Assembly (NCBI GenBank): GCA_037301995.1
Contig: JAXVOW010000302.1
Location: 8 to 64,007, forward strand
Source of the DNA: a bacterium
GTDB taxonomy: Bacteria > Bacillota > Clostridia > Lachnospirales > Lachnospiraceae
Reading direction: 5' to 3'
DNA: 64,000 bases
Shown: positions 29,354 to 40,839 of the stretch, one piece after another
Numbering within the stretch: position 1 is the stretch's first letter
Layout of the letters: each line of letters starts with the position of its first letter
Program-made: the position numbers and the translations under genes
Notes under the pieces: generated by a model
What the model was told of the DNA's origin: nothing
What the model saw: only the letters and a program-made list of their open reading frames with translations
Database searches by the model: none

Positions 29354-30667
29354 TTAGTCATTTAAGAATCCTGAATAATTACGAACCAGCATCTGGGACT
29401 CTAACTGCTTCATTGTCTCAAGAATAACACCTACAATGATGATTAGAGATGTTCCACCAAAGGATACATCTGCCTTAAACATTCCGTTAAAGAAAATCGG
29501 AATCAAAGCTACAATTAACAGTCCTGCCACACCAATTAACACAATATAATTCAGAATCTTATTCAAGTAATCCTGAGTTGGTTTTCCAGGCCGGATACCC
29601 GGAATAAAACCGCCGCTCTTCTTCATATTATTTGCAACTTCCATCGGATTAAATGTAATAGAAGTATAAAAATATGCAAAAATGATATTTAATAGAATAT
29701 ATATAATAAGTCCAACGGATGCCCATGGATATTCCGGATTAAACCAGTAATTCTGATTTAACCCCTGCAAAATCTTCTGCCATGTTGTTCCTGGAGTTAT
29801 ATTAAATAAATTAATAATAATAGCCGGAACGGACAGCAGTGATGATGCAAAGATAATCGGGATAACTCCGGCAGTATTCACCTTAAGCGGAATATAGCTT
29901 GACTGTCCTCCAGTCATTTTTCTTCCCTGAACCTTTTTAGAATACTGAACAGGAATCCTTCTCTCTGCATCCTGTAAAATAATTACAAGAATAGTCGTTC
30001 CAATAATAACTGCCGCAATCACACAAATAGCAATTACAGCCTGAACAATATCCTTGTTTTTTACAAACATTTCATACAGATTAGCAAAGTCAGATGGCAT
30101 ACGGGACACAATATTAATTAACAATACAATTGAAATACCATTTCCGATACCCTTATCTGAAATTCTTTCACCTAACCACATAACGATACAGCTTCCTGCT
30201 GTTAATGTTACAATAATTGTTATAATGGTAAAAATGTTGGCATCACCCAATGCTCCCTGTCTGGAAAATCCAATTGCCAAACCTGCACTTTCAACAACAG
30301 CCAGACCAACAGACACATATCTTGTAATCTGGTTCATTTTTTTCTTGCCATCTTCACCATCCCGGTGCATTTCCTCTAAAGCAGGAATCGCAATGGTTAA
30401 AAGCTGCATAATAATGGATGCTGTAATATAAGGCGTTACACCCAATGCAAATACTGACATGGATAAAAATGACCCACCCGTGAATGAATCAATAAAGCTA
30501 TAGGAAGCTCCCACTACACTCTCCAGGAATTCCTTCACCTGGGACACGTCAATGCCAGGGATTGGCAACTGACTTCCCAGACGAACTATTACTAAAATCC
30601 AGAATGTATATATGATTCTCTTCCTTACCTGTTCAATTTTGAACGCATTAACTAAGGTTTTGAACAT
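29354..30667 (-). CDS. secY: Preprotein translocase subunit SecY
   Basis: 437-aa polytopic protein: ALGVTPYITASIIMQLL...GGTSLIIIVGV. Confidence 0.97.
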   Translation of the reverse strand: MFKTLVNAFKIEQVRKRIIYTFWILVIVRLGSQLPIPGIDVSQVKEFLESVVGASYSFIDSFTGGSFLSMSVFALGVTPYITASIIMQLLTIAIPALEEMHRDGEDGKKKMNQITRYVSVGLAVVESAGLAIGFSRQGALGDANIFTIITIIVTLTAGSCIVMWLGERISDKGIGNGISIVLLINIVSRMPSDFANLYEMFVKNKDIVQAVIAICVIAAVIIGTTILVIILQDAERRIPVQYSKKVQGRKMTGGQSSYIPLKVNTAGVIPIIFASSLLSVPAIIINLFNITPGTTWQKILQGLNQNYWFNPEYPWASVGLIIYILLNIIFAYFYTSITFNPMEVANNMKKSGGFIPGIRPGKPTQDYLNKILNYIVLIGVAGLLIVALIPIFFNGMFKADVSFGGTSLIIIVGVILETMKQLESQMLVRNYSGFLND

Positions 30668-30668
30668 A

Positions 30669-31109
30669 TTACATCACCTCTGCTTTTCCACCAAGAGCCT
30701 CGATTTTTTCTACTGCAGAAGCACTGAAAGCATTTGCCTTTACAGTAAGCTTCTTTGTTAATTCACCATTTCCTAAAATCTTTACGCCGTCTTTAGGATT
30801 GCTAACGATTCCGGCACCGATTAATGACTCAACAGATACCTCTGAACCCTCTTCAAACGCATTAAGAGCGGATACGTTAATAGCAATAATTTCCTTTGAG
30901 CTTGGACATGTAAATCCTCTCTTTGGAAGTCTTCTATATAATGGCATCTGACCACCTTCAAAACCAGGTCTTGTTGCTCCGGAACGAGCCTTCTGTCCCT
31001 TATGACCTTTACCTGCAGTCTTACCATTTCCTGAACCATGGCCACGACCTTTTCTGAAATTATCGCTGTGTTTAGAACCATCTGCTGGCTTTAATGTAGA
31101 TAAATTCAT
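30669..31109 (-). CDS. rplO: 50S ribosomal protein L15
   Basis: [24 protein letters not shown]. Confidence 0.97.
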   Translation of the reverse strand: MNLSTLKPADGSKHSDNFRKGRGHGSGNGKTAGKGHKGQKARSGATRPGFEGGQMPLYRRLPKRGFTCPSSKEIIAINVSALNAFEEGSEVSVESLIGAGIVSNPKDGVKILGNGELTKKLTVKANAFSASAVEKIEALGGKAEVM

Positions 31110-31137
31110 TTACGTGCACCTCCTTATCTCAATTTTA

Positions 31138-31320
31138 TTAAATCTCTTCTACCTTTACTAAATGTCTAACCTGCTGAACCATTCCCTTTGTAGCAGCATT
31201 GTTAGGAAGCTCAACTGTCTTATTCAGTTTTCTAAGACCTAATGCTTCTAATGTCTTTTTGTGCTTTGGAACTGCTCCAATAGGAGACTTTACTAAAGTA
31301 ACCTTTACTTTATCTGCCAT
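31138..31320 (-). CDS. rpmD: 50S ribosomal protein L30
   Basis: KVTLVKSPIGAVPKHKKTLEALGLRK. Confidence 0.96.
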   Translation of the reverse strand: MADKVKVTLVKSPIGAVPKHKKTLEALGLRKLNKTVELPNNAATKGMVQQVRHLVKVEEI

Positions 31321-31334
31321 TTTTTAAATCCTCC

Positions 31335-31844
31335 TTAACCTAGAATCTCTTCAACAGATTTTCCGCGAAGTCTTGCAACTTCCTCAGGAGTCTTTAAGTT
31401 TGAAAGTCCATTGATTGTAGCTAATACTACGTTCTGCTTGTTGTTTGAACCTAAAGACTTAGTACGGATATTCTTGTATCCTGCTAACTCAAGTACGGAA
31501 CGTGCCGGACCACCTGCGATGATACCAGTACCTTCTGGAGACGCTTTCAAAAGAACGGATGCGCTTCCAAACTTACCTGTCCAGTCATGAGGAATGCTTC
31601 CATTATCATTGATTGGAACTTCTACCAAGCTCTTCATTGCATCTTCTTTGCCCTTACGAATTGCCTCTGGAATCTCGGCTGCTTTACCGATACCTGCACC
31701 TACATGACCATTTTTGTCACCTACAACTACAAGAGCAGCAAATCTCATGTTACGTCCACCTTTAACAACCTTGGTTACACGCTTGATGTTAACAACTTTT
31801 TCTTCTAATTCTAACTGACTAGCATCAATAATTGTATGCTTCAT
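31335..31844 (-). CDS. rpsE: 30S ribosomal protein S5
   Basis: [27 protein letters not shown]. Confidence 0.97.
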   Translation of the reverse strand: MKHTIIDASQLELEEKVVNIKRVTKVVKGGRNMRFAALVVVGDKNGHVGAGIGKAAEIPEAIRKGKEDAMKSLVEVPINDNGSIPHDWTGKFGSASVLLKASPEGTGIIAGGPARSVLELAGYKNIRTKSLGSNNKQNVVLATINGLSNLKTPEEVARLRGKSVEEILG

Positions 31845-31862
31845 AAATTGTTTTCCTCCTTA

Positions 31863-32231
31863 TTAGAATTCGAGACCAGCTTCTCTTGCTGCATCTGCTA
31901 ATGCTTTAACCTTACCCTGATATATAAATCCGCCTCTATCAAAGACAACGGTAGTAATACCCTTTTCCAATGCTCTCTTTGCAATTACTGTACCTAAGTA
32001 AGCAGCTGCATCTACATTATTTGTCTTCTCTAATTCTGCCTTAACTTCCTTCTGAACTGTTGAAGCAGACACTAAAGTATTTCCAACTGTATCATCAATA
32101 ATTTGAGCGTACATATGATTATTACTTCTGAATACAGCTAAACGTGGTCTCTCAGCAGTGCCACTAAAGCGGTTACGGATTCTTAAATGCTTTTTTGCGC
32201 GAACCTTACTTCTTGACTCTTTATTAATCAT
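31863..32231 (-). CDS. rplR: 50S ribosomal protein L18
   Basis: [20 protein letters not shown]...[28 protein letters not shown]. Confidence 0.97.
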   Translation of the reverse strand: MINKESRSKVRAKKHLRIRNRFSGTAERPRLAVFRSNNHMYAQIIDDTVGNTLVSASTVQKEVKAELEKTNNVDAAAYLGTVIAKRALEKGITTVVFDRGGFIYQGKVKALADAAREAGLEF

Positions 32232-32248
32232 CTATCTCACTCCTTTAA

Positions 32249-32788
32249 TTATTTCTTACCAGTCTTACCAACCTTGCGTCTAATCACTTCATCAGCATAC
32301 TTAATACCTTTACCCTTATAAGGCTCCGGTGCTCTCTTTTCTCTGATTTCAGCAGCATATTGGCCAACTTTTTCTTTATCAATACCTGAAACGGTGATTG
32401 TGTTACCGTCTACCTTAGACTCTAATCCTTCCGGATCCTCCATCTCTACTGGATGAGAGTAGCCTAAGTTGAGAACTAACTTCTTACCCTGCTTAGCAGC
32501 TCTGTAACCAACACCATTTACCTCTAACACTTTTGTATAACCTTCAGTTACACCGATTACCATGTTATTAATCAGGGTTCTTGTAAGACCATGTAAAGAT
32601 TTCATCTTCTTCAAATCGTTAGGTCTTGTTACAATAACCTGGTCACCCTCAAGCTTAATGTCCATTTCCGCAGGTAAAACTCTGGTCAGTGTACCCTTTG
32701 GTCCTTTTACAGTCACTTGATTATTTTCTGCAATATCAACAGTTACGCCTGCTGGTACAGCGATAGGCATTCTTCCGATACGTGACAT
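32249..32788 (-). CDS. rplF: 50S ribosomal protein L6
   Basis: [17 protein letters not shown]...GYSHPV. Confidence 0.97.
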   Translation of the reverse strand: MSRIGRMPIAVPAGVTVDIAENNQVTVKGPKGTLTRVLPAEMDIKLEGDQVIVTRPNDLKKMKSLHGLTRTLINNMVIGVTEGYTKVLEVNGVGYRAAKQGKKLVLNLGYSHPVEMEDPEGLESKVDGNTITVSGIDKEKVGQYAAEIREKRAPEPYKGKGIKYADEVIRRKVGKTGKK

Positions 32789-33249
32789 GCCGTTACCTCC
32801 TTAATTATATAGGACTAATTATACAGTCCGGTTATTTGTTTATCTATCTTACTTAATTGTTTTATACTATCTTTCGCGTGATTTATAACATTTTTGTGAT
32901 AAATGTTTATCACCACGCTTTCGCATAATTCACTACATCCACTTTACTAAATTCTACCTTTCTACTAAGCTCACCTCTGGTTCGCTAAGTATTCAGGCAT
33001 CATTAAGTATCGGGATGGATTTCTCTGCCTCGTCGACTACTAAGTTCGCCTTCGGCTCACTAAGAGCGTCGACAGGGCTACGACTAAACTCAGGCTGCGC
33101 TTATCAGCTTGCCTTCGTTAAGTTCTCTGCCTTCTCCACTCCACTACCATTCGGTCTTCACCTTCAGCTCGCCCTCATGAAGTGTCGGGATGGACTTTCG
33201 CACTAACCTCAAACTGCGCCTTCAGCTTGTTTTCGTTAAGTGCTCAATG
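32789..33249 (-). repeat. 461-nt rpsH-rplF spacer made of repeat modules paralogous to the rplW-rplB spacer
   Basis: The 43-nt unit at 33195-33237 matches 38491-38533 at 41/43. cattaagtatcgggatgg (33001-33018) is identical to 38472-38489. The 41-nt module at 32914-32954 matches 38410-38450 at 35/41. Degenerate tandem copies lie in between. Confidence 0.8.
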
Positions 33250-33651
33250 TCACCATACAAACGCCAGTACTTCGCCGCCAACCTGAGCTTCACGAGCCTG
33301 CTTGTCAGTTAATACACCCTTGTTTGTAGAAATGATAGCAACACCTAAGCCGCCTAATACCTTAGGAAGCTCATCCTTGCCAGCATATACACGAAGACCT
33401 GGCTTAGAGATTCTCTTAATACCAGTAATAATCTTCTCATTTTTATCCTTACCATACTTTAAGGTAATACGGATTGTCTTAAATTTACCTTCTTCAATTA
33501 TATCAACAGCTTTGACATAACCCTCTTCTAAAAGAATGTTAGCAATTGCTTCCTTCATCTTTGAAGCAGGAATATCAACTGTATCATGTTTAGCAGTATT
33601 CGCATTGCGAATTCTAGTAAGCATATCTGCGATTGGATCTGTCATTGTCAT
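33250..33651 (-). CDS. rpsH: 30S ribosomal protein S8
   Basis: [17 protein letters not shown]. The second ATG at 33645 has better RBS spacing. Confidence 0.96.
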   Translation of the reverse strand: MTMTDPIADMLTRIRNANTAKHDTVDIPASKMKEAIANILLEEGYVKAVDIIEEGKFKTIRITLKYGKDKNEKIITGIKRISKPGLRVYAGKDELPKVLGGLGVAIISTNKGVLTDKQAREAQVGGEVLAFVW

Positions 33652-33669
33652 TTACCTCCTTCAAAAATT

Positions 33670-33855
33670 TTACCAGCTTGCTTTCTTAACGCCTGGGATT
33701 TCACCCTTGTATGCTAACTCACGGAAGCAGATTCTGCAGATTCCGTATTTCTTTAACACTGAATGTGGACGTCCACAAACTTTACAACGAGTATATTCTC
33801 TTGTAGAGAATTTCTGTTTACGCTGCTGTTTAACAACCATTGCTTTCTTAGCCAT
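33670..33855 (-). CDS. rpsN: 30S ribosomal protein S14 type Z (zinc-binding)
   Basis: 61 aa with [20 protein letters not shown]. Confidence 0.96.
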   Translation of the reverse strand: MAKKAMVVKQQRKQKFSTREYTRCKVCGRPHSVLKKYGICRICFRELAYKGEIPGVKKASW

Positions 33856-33869
33856 GAATCTTCCTCCTA

Positions 33870-34409
33870 TTATTTCTTAAACGGCATACCAAATAAGGTT
33901 AATAACTCACGAGCTTCCTCGTCAGTCTTAGCGGTAGTAACGAAAATAACATCCATACCTCTAACCTTATCTACCTTATCATACTCGATTTCAGGGAAAA
34001 TCAACTGCTCCTTGATACCTAAAGCATAGTTACCTCTGCCATCAAATGCGTTCGGATTGATACCTCTAAAGTCACGGACACGTGGTAATGCAAGATTGAT
34101 TAAACGGTCTGCAAACTCATACATTCTCTCGCCTCTTAAGGTTACCTTACATCCGATTGGCATTCCTTCTCTCAACTTGAAGTTCGCGATAGACTTTCTG
34201 GCACGGGTAACAACTGCCTTCTGACCAGTAATTGTCTCTAAATCCTGAACTGCTGAATCTAAAAGCTTATGGTTTTCCTTCGCTTCACCAACACCCATGT
34301 TGATTACAATTTTCTCAAGCTTTGGAACTTCCATAACATTTTTATAACCAAATTTCTTAGTCATAGCGTCTTTGATTTCGCTATTGTACTGTTCTTTTAA
34401 TCTACTCAA
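33870..34409 (-). CDS. rplE: 50S ribosomal protein L5
   Basis: [12 protein letters not shown]...NMGVGEA...[28 protein letters not shown]. Confidence 0.97.
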   Translation of the reverse strand: MSRLKEQYNSEIKDAMTKKFGYKNVMEVPKLEKIVINMGVGEAKENHKLLDSAVQDLETITGQKAVVTRARKSIANFKLREGMPIGCKVTLRGERMYEFADRLINLALPRVRDFRGINPNAFDGRGNYALGIKEQLIFPEIEYDKVDKVRGMDVIFVTTAKTDEEARELLTLFGMPFKK

Positions 34410-34432
34410 CTTCTGTGGCCTCCTCTCTTAAA

Positions 34433-34750
34433 TTAGTCAATCTTTTCTAACTTACCGTTCACTTTAGCCACACGAACCTTGTCTTTCTTCTCGCCCTGGA
34501 AACCGATTCTAACTGGTTTTCCCTTGTGAACATACATAACGTTAGATATATCAATAGGTGCTTCCTTCTCAATGATACCACCCTGCTGGTTTGTCATACT
34601 TGGTTTAGAGTGTTTAGAAACCATGTTGACTCCCTCAACTAATACTTTATGGTTTTTGGTATCCACTGATAAAACCTTACCGGATTTACCCTTGTCTTTA
34701 CCAGTGATAACCTGAACTAAGTCATCTTTTTTAATCTTACTAGTTGCCAT
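34433..34750 (-). CDS. rplX: 50S ribosomal protein L24
   Basis: IKKDDLVQVITGKDKGKSGKVL. Confidence 0.96.
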   Translation of the reverse strand: MATSKIKKDDLVQVITGKDKGKSGKVLSVDTKNHKVLVEGVNMVSKHSKPSMTNQQGGIIEKEAPIDISNVMYVHKGKPVRIGFQGEKKDKVRVAKVNGKLEKID

Positions 34751-34762
34751 CCTGACACCTCC

Positions 34763-35131
34763 CTATAAAACTTCTGGTGCTAATGAAACGATCTTCATGA
34801 ATTTCTTATCTCTAAGCTCTCTTGCTACAGGTCCGAAAATACGGGTTCCTCTTGGATTCATATCATCCTTGATGATAACAGCAGCGTTCTCATCAAACTT
34901 GATGTAAGAACCGTCTTTACGGCGTGCGCCTTTCTTTGTACGAACAACCACAGCCTTTACAACGTCACCCTTCTTTACAACGCCACCTGGTGTTGCATCT
35001 TTAACAGAGGCAACGATGATATCACCGATGTTCGCATATCTTCTGGTTGAACCGCCTAATACTCTGATGCAAAGTAACTCTTTTGCTCCGGTATTGTCAG
35101 CAACTTTAAGTCTTGTTTCCTGTTGAACCAT
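34763..35131 (-). CDS. rplN: 50S ribosomal protein L14
   Basis: [28 protein letters not shown]. Confidence 0.97.
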   Translation of the reverse strand: MVQQETRLKVADNTGAKELLCIRVLGGSTRRYANIGDIIVASVKDATPGGVVKKGDVVKAVVVRTKKGARRKDGSYIKFDENAAVIIKDDMNPRGTRIFGPVARELRDKKFMKIVSLAPEVL

Positions 35132-35148
35132 TGTCCTTGCCTCCTTGA

Positions 35149-35403
35149 TTATTTAGCTTTCTCTACGATTTCTACAAGTCTCCATCTCTTGTCCTTAGAT
35201 AAAGGTCTTGTCTCCATAACTCTTACTCTATCGCCGATATGACATTCATTGTTCTCATCATGAGCCTTTAATTTATAAGTTCTCTTCACAATCTTTCCAT
35301 AAAGAGGATGCTTAACATTATCTACGATTGAAACAACAATTGTCTTATCCATCTTATCACTTGTTACTAATCCTACACGTGTTTTTCTTAGATTTCTTTC
35401 CAT
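35149..35403 (-). CDS. rpsQ: 30S ribosomal protein S17
   Basis: [19 protein letters not shown]...[29 protein letters not shown]. Confidence 0.97.
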   Translation of the reverse strand: MERNLRKTRVGLVTSDKMDKTIVVSIVDNVKHPLYGKIVKRTYKLKAHDENNECHIGDRVRVMETRPLSKDKRWRLVEIVEKAK

Positions 35404-35427
35404 TGTCTTTGCCTCCTTCCAAGATAA

Positions 35428-35631
35428 TTAAGCATTAGCCTTTTCTGTCATAATAGACTGAATTCTGGCAATATTTCTTCTTACCTCTTTAATTCTGCTT
35501 GTATTCTCTAACTGGTTAGTTGCATTCTGGAATCTTAAATTGAATAATTCCTTCTTAGCAGCTACTAACTCTGCGTTTAACTCTTCCACATTCTTAGCCT
35601 TTAACTCTTCACGATATTCCTTAGTTTTCAC
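35428..35631 (-). CDS. rpmC: 50S ribosomal protein L29 (GTG start)
   Basis: ORF 35428..35640. The GTG at 35631 ([10 protein letters not shown]) lies 9 nt after gaaggag. [17 protein letters not shown]. Confidence 0.93.
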   Translation of the reverse strand: MKTKEYREELKAKNVEELNAELVAAKKELFNLRFQNATNQLENTSRIKEVRRNIARIQSIMTEKANA

Positions 35632-36058
35632 TGCCTGCACCTCCTTCTAAATCTTCACGGGATACAATCTTGCACTTAACAGGTAACTTATGAGTTGCAA
35701 GTCTTAAAGCTTCCTTAGCAGTCTCTTCCGGTACACCTGCAATCTCAAACATTACACGTCCAGGCTTAACTACTGCTACCCAGCCTTCTACATTACCTTT
35801 ACCTTTACCCATACGAACACCGATAGGCTTAGATGTATAAGGCTTATCAGGGAAAATCTTAATCCAGACCTTACCAGTACGTTTTACATAACGGGTCATA
35901 GCGACACGGGCTGCCTCAATCTGGTTTGATTTAATCCAAGCTGGCTCCATTGCAACAATACCATATTCACCATTACTGATTTTGTTACCTCTGGTAGCCT
36001 TACCAGCCATGGAACCTCTGAACTGCTTTCTATGTTTTGTTCTCTTAGGCATTAACAT
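35621..36058 (-). CDS. rplP: 50S ribosomal protein L16
   Basis: [15 protein letters not shown]. Confidence 0.97.
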   Translation of the reverse strand: MLMPKRTKHRKQFRGSMAGKATRGNKISNGEYGIVAMEPAWIKSNQIEAARVAMTRYVKRTGKVWIKIFPDKPYTSKPIGVRMGKGKGNVEGWVAVVKPGRVMFEIAGVPEETAKEALRLATHKLPVKCKIVSREDLEGGAGSEN

Positions 36059-36723
36059 TATTTATCGCTCCCTTCCTTGTTGTTCTTAGTTGGAAGTACT
36101 TCACCATGATAAATCCAGGTCTTAACACCAACCTTACCATAGGTTGTGTCAGCCTCAGCAAAACCATAGTCGATATCTGCACGAAGTGTCTGAAGAGGAA
36201 TGGTTCCCTCGCTGTAGAACTCTGTACGAGCCATATCAGCACCACCTAAACGTCCAGAAACAGAAGTCTTAATTCCTAATGCACCGGTCTTCATTGTTCT
36301 GCCCATGCAGGACTTCATTGCACGACGGAAAGAGATACGATTCTCTAACTGTGCTGCGATATTCTCAGCAACTAACTGAGCGTCTGCATCCGGTTTCTTA
36401 ACTTCCTTAACGTCAACCATCAACTTCTTATCTGTTAACTTGGCAACCTCTTTCTTGAGTGCCTCGATTTCTGCGCCACCCTTACCAATTACAACACCAG
36501 GCTTTGCTGTGTAAATGATAACTTTCAGTCTGTCAGATGCTCTCTCGATTTCGATTTTAGAAACCTGAGCACTGTAAAGTCTCTTCTTAAGGAAAGTACG
36601 AATTTCATTATCTTCTACTAAGTTGTTTGCAAATTCGCCATCCTTTGTATCAGCATACCATCTGGAATCCCAATCCTTGATGATACCGACTCTCAAACCA
36701 TGAGGATTTACTTTCTGTCCCAT
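36058..36723 (-). CDS. rpsC: 30S ribosomal protein S3
   Basis: [24 protein letters not shown]...[10 protein letters not shown]. Confidence 0.97.
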   Translation of the reverse strand: MGQKVNPHGLRVGIIKDWDSRWYADTKDGEFANNLVEDNEIRTFLKKRLYSAQVSKIEIERASDRLKVIIYTAKPGVVIGKGGAEIEALKKEVAKLTDKKLMVDVKEVKKPDADAQLVAENIAAQLENRISFRRAMKSCMGRTMKTGALGIKTSVSGRLGGADMARTEFYSEGTIPLQTLRADIDYGFAEADTTYGKVGVKTWIYHGEVLPTKNNKEGSDK

Positions 36724-36734
36724 TATTTGCCTCC

Positions 36735-37130
36735 TTATCTTTCATCAAGCACGATTGTAATATGGCTTGTTCTCTTCTCAATTCTATAAGCTCTGCCCTG
36801 TGCTCTTGGTTGAATTCTCTTCATTGTTGGACCCTTATTTGCATAACACTCTGCAATATAAAGGTTCTCTGTCTTGTAATTTTTGTCTGGATAGTTATTC
36901 TCAGCATTTGCAATAGCTGACTTTAACAACTTCTCTATTACACTTGAAGCATATCTTGGATTGTAAGCTAAGATAGCAAGTGCAGTCTGTACATCCTTAC
37001 CTCTGATGGCATCTAAAACGAAACATGCTTTTGTTACAGAGACTCTAGCATAAGAAATCTTAGCAGATGGTCTTGTATCTTTATTTGCATTTCTCTCTCT
37101 TTTAATCTGGGATCTATGTCCTTTTGCCAT
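36735..37130 (-). CDS. rplV: 50S ribosomal protein L22
   Basis: [20 protein letters not shown]...[29 protein letters not shown]. Confidence 0.96.
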   Translation of the reverse strand: MAKGHRSQIKRERNANKDTRPSAKISYARVSVTKACFVLDAIRGKDVQTALAILAYNPRYASSVIEKLLKSAIANAENNYPDKNYKTENLYIAECYANKGPTMKRIQPRAQGRAYRIEKRTSHITIVLDER

Positions 37131-37155
37131 GGATGAATCCTCCTTTCAAATCTGA

Positions 37156-37437
37156 TTATCTAAGTTTTGATTTCTTTTCGTCCTTGCCATGTCCTCTGTA
37201 TGTTCTGGTTGCAACAAACTCGCCGAGCTTGTGTCCTACCATGTCCTCAGTAACATATACAGGCACATGTCTTCTTCCGTCATAAACTGCAATTGTATGT
37301 CCTACGAAGCTAGGAAAGATAGTAGAACGACGTGACCAGGTCTTAATAACCTGCTTGTCATTACTAGCATTCAAAGCATCGACTTTCTTAAGCAAATGTT
37401 CATCTGCAAATGGTCCTTTTTTAAGTGAACGAGCCAT
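37156..37437 (-). CDS. rpsS: 30S ribosomal protein S19
   Basis: [19 protein letters not shown]...[23 protein letters not shown]. Confidence 0.97.
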   Translation of the reverse strand: MARSLKKGPFADEHLLKKVDALNASNDKQVIKTWSRRSTIFPSFVGHTIAVYDGRRHVPVYVTEDMVGHKLGEFVATRTYRGHGKDEKKSKLR

Positions 37438-37455
37438 AGGTCAAACCTCCTTATA

Positions 37456-38298
37456 TTATTTAATACTCTTACCATCTCTGGTTCTAACGATCATCTTATT
37501 TGACTGCTTATTCTTCTTACGAGTCTTAAGTCCAAGTGCCGGCTTGCCCCATGGTGTACATGGACCCGGACGGCCGATACTGGTCTTACCTTCACCACCA
37601 CCGTGTGGATGGTCGTTAGGGTTCATTACGGAACCACGAACTGTAGGTCTGATACCCATATGACGCTTACGTCCAGCCTTACCAATATTAACAAGGCCAT
37701 GTTCAATGTTACCAACCTGACCAATTGTTGCACGGGCAACGATTGGAACCATTCTCATCTCGCCTGATGGCAGACGCAGTGTTGCATACTTGCCTTCCTT
37801 AGCCATAAGCTGTGCAGAGTTACCGGCAGAACGAACCAGCTGTCCACCCTTTCCCGGATATAACTCAATGTTGTGTACCTCAGTACCAACCGGAATTGCC
37901 TCTAACGGCAGGCAGTTACCAACCTTAATCTCTGCGTTGGCACCATTCATAACCTTATCTCCAACCTGTAAACCTACAGGAGCTAAGATATAAGCCTTCT
38001 CACCATCAACATAGTTGATTAATGCGATGTTTGCTGTTCTGTTTGGATCATATTCAATCGAAACAACAGTTGCCGGAATATCGTCTTTTCTTCTCTTGAA
38101 ATCGATAATTCTATATTTTCTTCTGGAACCACCACCATGGTGTCTTACTGTAATCTTTCCCTGATTGTTACGACCAGCGTTCTTCTTTAAAGAAGTTGTT
38201 AAGGATTTTTCAGGTGTGCTCTTTGTAATCACATCGAAATCCAAACCAGTCATATTTCTTCTGGAAGGTGTATATGGGTTGTATGTCTTAATTCCCAT
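37456..38298 (-). CDS. rplB: 50S ribosomal protein L2
   Basis: ORF 37456..38322. The start was moved to [14 protein letters not shown] (ATG at 38298, RBS aaaggagaaag). [16 protein letters not shown]...[13 protein letters not shown]. Confidence 0.97.
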   Translation of the reverse strand: MGIKTYNPYTPSRRNMTGLDFDVITKSTPEKSLTTSLKKNAGRNNQGKITVRHHGGGSRRKYRIIDFKRRKDDIPATVVSIEYDPNRTANIALINYVDGEKAYILAPVGLQVGDKVMNGANAEIKVGNCLPLEAIPVGTEVHNIELYPGKGGQLVRSAGNSAQLMAKEGKYATLRLPSGEMRMVPIVARATIGQVGNIEHGLVNIGKAGRKRHMGIRPTVRGSVMNPNDHPHGGGEGKTSIGRPGPCTPWGKPALGLKTRKKNKQSNKMIVRTRDGKSIK

Positions 38299-38546
38299 TT
38301 TCTTTCTCCTTTCAAATTGCATTTATTATCACGCTTGCTTGCGTATGAATTGTTATTAAGCTTTCGCACTAATCTCAAACTGCGCCTTTGGCTTGTTTTC
38401 ACTGCTCATCACGCTTTCGTTTCATTCACAGCATCCACTCTACTAAATTCGAACTTCGCTGTGCTCGTTCTCATTAAGTATCGGGATGGGCTTTCGCACT
38501 AACCTCAAACTGCGCCTTCGGCTTGTTTTCGCTAAGTGCTTAATGC
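38299..38546 (-). repeat. 248-nt rplW-rplB spacer carrying two copies of a 43-nt unit plus modules shared with the rpsH-rplF spacer
   Basis: ctttcgcactaa(t/c)ctcaaactgcgcctt(t/c)ggcttgttttc(a/g)ct at 38361-38403 and 38491-38533 (40/43). The terminal module ends 1 nt from the rplW stop codon. Confidence 0.8.
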
Positions 38547-38846
38547 CTATAGTCCTTCAAAGATTTCAATATCTTTGCTGTCCGCTGTCAGCTGAACGAT
38601 TGCCTTCTTAGACTTAGCAGTTCTTCCGTAAACCATTCCACGTCTCTTTTTCTTACCATCAAGATTCATTGTGTTTACCTTGGCAACCTTTGTTCCCTCG
38701 AACATCTTCTCAACAGCATCCTTAATCATAGTCTTATTTGCCTCCGGATGAACCTGAAATGTGTATTTCTTATCAGCCATTGCATCCATAGACTTCTCAG
38801 TAATGATAGGTTTCTGAATTACGTCATAATATTTGATATCTGCCAT
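38547..38846 (-). CDS. rplW: 50S ribosomal protein L23
   Basis: [26 protein letters not shown]. Confidence 0.96.
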   Translation of the reverse strand: MADIKYYDVIQKPIITEKSMDAMADKKYTFQVHPEANKTMIKDAVEKMFEGTKVAKVNTMNLDGKKKRRGMVYGRTAKSKKAIVQLTADSKDIEIFEGL

Positions 38847-39466
38847 TATGCGTACACCTCCTCGATTGCTGCTACTGCATCCTTAGTAATGACTACTGTA
38901 TCATACTTAAGAATGTCATATACATTGATTGTGTTTGTCAAAGAAGTCTTAACATCAGGAATATTTCTAGCAGATAACATCACATTCTTGTCATTATCCT
39001 TTGTTACCACTAATGCCTTTGCCACCTCAAGGTTATTGAGAACCTCCACAAACTTCTTTGTCTTAATCTCATCTAACTTAAGCTCATCTAAAACGATGAA
39101 TTTTTCTTCGTTTACCTTAGAAGTCAATACAGACTTAAGAGCTCCTGCTGCTTCTTTCTTATTTAACTTCTTAGAGTAATCTCTTGGCTTTGGTGCGAAT
39201 ACAACGCCACCACCAGTCCACTGAGGAGATCTTGTAGAACCCTGTCTTGCATGACCTGTTCCCTTTTGTCTCCAAGGTTTTCTTCCGCCTCCACGTACTT
39301 CCGAACGTGTCTTGGCGCTCTGTGTTCCCTGACGCTTGTTTGCCAACTGCGCTACAACTGCCTGGTGAACTAAATGCTCATTTATTTCTACACCGAATAC
39401 GGCATCATTTAACTCTAACTTGTCAACTTCTTTACCTTCGATGTTGTAAACAGCTACTTGTGCCAT
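38846..39466 (-). CDS. rplD: 50S ribosomal protein L4
   Basis: [43 protein letters not shown]. Confidence 0.97.
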   Translation of the reverse strand: MAQVAVYNIEGKEVDKLELNDAVFGVEINEHLVHQAVVAQLANKRQGTQSAKTRSEVRGGGRKPWRQKGTGHARQGSTRSPQWTGGGVVFAPKPRDYSKKLNKKEAAGALKSVLTSKVNEEKFIVLDELKLDEIKTKKFVEVLNNLEVAKALVVTKDNDKNVMLSARNIPDVKTSLTNTINVYDILKYDTVVITKDAVAAIEEVYA

Positions 39467-39489
39467 TCTAAATTCCTCCTTCCTACAGA

Positions 39490-40176
39490 TTACTTACCGC
39501 TCTTAACGGTCTCTTTAATCATAACCAATGACTTCTTAGGTCCCGGTACAGAACCCTTTACCAGGATAACGTCATTCTCTGCATCTATCTTAACAATCTC
39601 TAAGTTCTGAACGGTAACTCTTACAGCTCCCATATGACCTGCCATTTTCTTACCCTTGAAAACCTTACCTGGGTCAGTTGCACAACCGTTAGAACCTGCA
39701 TGACGATGGTACTTGGAACCATGAGTCTTAGGACCTGTATGCAAGCCGTGGCGCTTGATACCACCAGCAAATCCCTTACCCTTTGACTTAGCAGTTACAT
39801 CAATCTTATCGCCCTCAGCGAAGATGTCTGCCTTGATAACGCTCTCTCCAGCAACGTATTCGGAAGCGTTGTCAACTCTGAACTCTCTGACAAATTTCTT
39901 AGGGGTGGTATTTGCCTTCTTGAAGTGTCCAACCTCTGCCTTACCAGCTCCATGCGGATTTCTGATAACTTTCTTACCTGATACATCCTTTGTTGTAATC
40001 TTTTCTTTTTTCTCTCCATATCCAACCTGGATTGCTTCATATCCATCATTGTCAATGGTCTTAACCTGTGTTACCACACAAGGTCCAGCCTGTAATACGG
40101 TTACAGGTGTCAACACACCGTCTTCATTGAAGATTTGAGTCATTCCGACTTTTGTAGCTAAAATTGCTTTCTTCAT
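39490..40176 (-). CDS. rplC: 50S ribosomal protein L3
   Basis: [20 protein letters not shown]...[12 protein letters not shown]. Confidence 0.97.
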   Translation of the reverse strand: MKKAILATKVGMTQIFNEDGVLTPVTVLQAGPCVVTQVKTIDNDGYEAIQVGYGEKKEKITTKDVSGKKVIRNPHGAGKAEVGHFKKANTTPKKFVREFRVDNASEYVAGESVIKADIFAEGDKIDVTAKSKGKGFAGGIKRHGLHTGPKTHGSKYHRHAGSNGCATDPGKVFKGKKMAGHMGAVRVTVQNLEIVKIDAENDVILVKGSVPGPKKSLVMIKETVKSGK

Positions 40177-40274
40177 TAAAATTTCCTCCTAATTAATCTA
40201 CAGCGGATTGCCGTGGCAATCATTCTAAATTTGACCAGATGGTCCATTAGGTTTAACTGTACTTACTACTTAAA

Positions 40275-40592
40275 TTATTTTGCTTTCATCTTTACATCGA
40301 TGTAAACACCAGCAGACATATCCAACTTCTGTAATGCATCGATTGTCTTCTGGGTTGGCTGAATCACATCAATTAATCTCTTATGTGTTCTCTGCTCAAA
40401 CTGCTCTCTGGAATCTTTGTACTTATGAACCGCTCTAAGAATTGTAACTCTCTCAATCTTAGTAGGCATTGGTACAGGACCAGAAACCTTTGCACCTGTC
40501 TTCTTAACAGTATCAATAATGTTTGCTGCAGCCTGATCGATTAACTTGTGATCATAAGCCTTAAGTGTAATTCTCATTACCTGGTTTGCCAT
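40275..40592 (-). CDS. rpsJ: 30S ribosomal protein S10
   Basis: ORF 40275..40652. The start was moved to [19 protein letters not shown] (ATG at 40592, RBS aaggagg). [30 protein letters not shown]. Confidence 0.96.
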   Translation of the reverse strand: MANQVMRITLKAYDHKLIDQAAANIIDTVKKTGAKVSGPVPMPTKIERVTILRAVHKYKDSREQFEQRTHKRLIDVIQPTQKTIDALQKLDMSAGVYIDVKMKAK

Positions 40593-40839
40593 AAAAAAAG
40601 CCGCCTCCTTTTCGCACTTATTTAATAGGTACGACAAGTGGTGACTGTACACTCTCCCGTGTGTGTCATATTTTGAAGCATTTTACAATATAACTTTCAC
40701 ACGTCATCTCCCCTTATGGGATGGTTATTCGTACAGTGACTTGCCGTCAGTTTCTTAACTTGACATTCGCTCCACGGAAAACCTGCCACAGCGGGCAGCA
40801 ACCTCACGCTTCATAGCTATCAATGTCACAGCAAGTGCT

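Noticed and set aside
33015-33206. A 63-aa plus-strand ORF, and its counterpart at 38317..38502, both ending in RDGLSH. These could be a conserved small protein.
   Set aside because: The shared C-terminus only reflects the nucleotide repeat. The N-termini are unrelated, no RBS is present, one uses a TTG start, and both are antisense to the r-protein operon. They are better explained as non-coding repeat modules.
32789-38546. The repeated 43-nt units as a possible CRISPR array.
   Set aside because: There are only three good copies, split between two loci 5 kb apart. They lack regular repeat-spacer periodicity, and no cas genes are present in the window.
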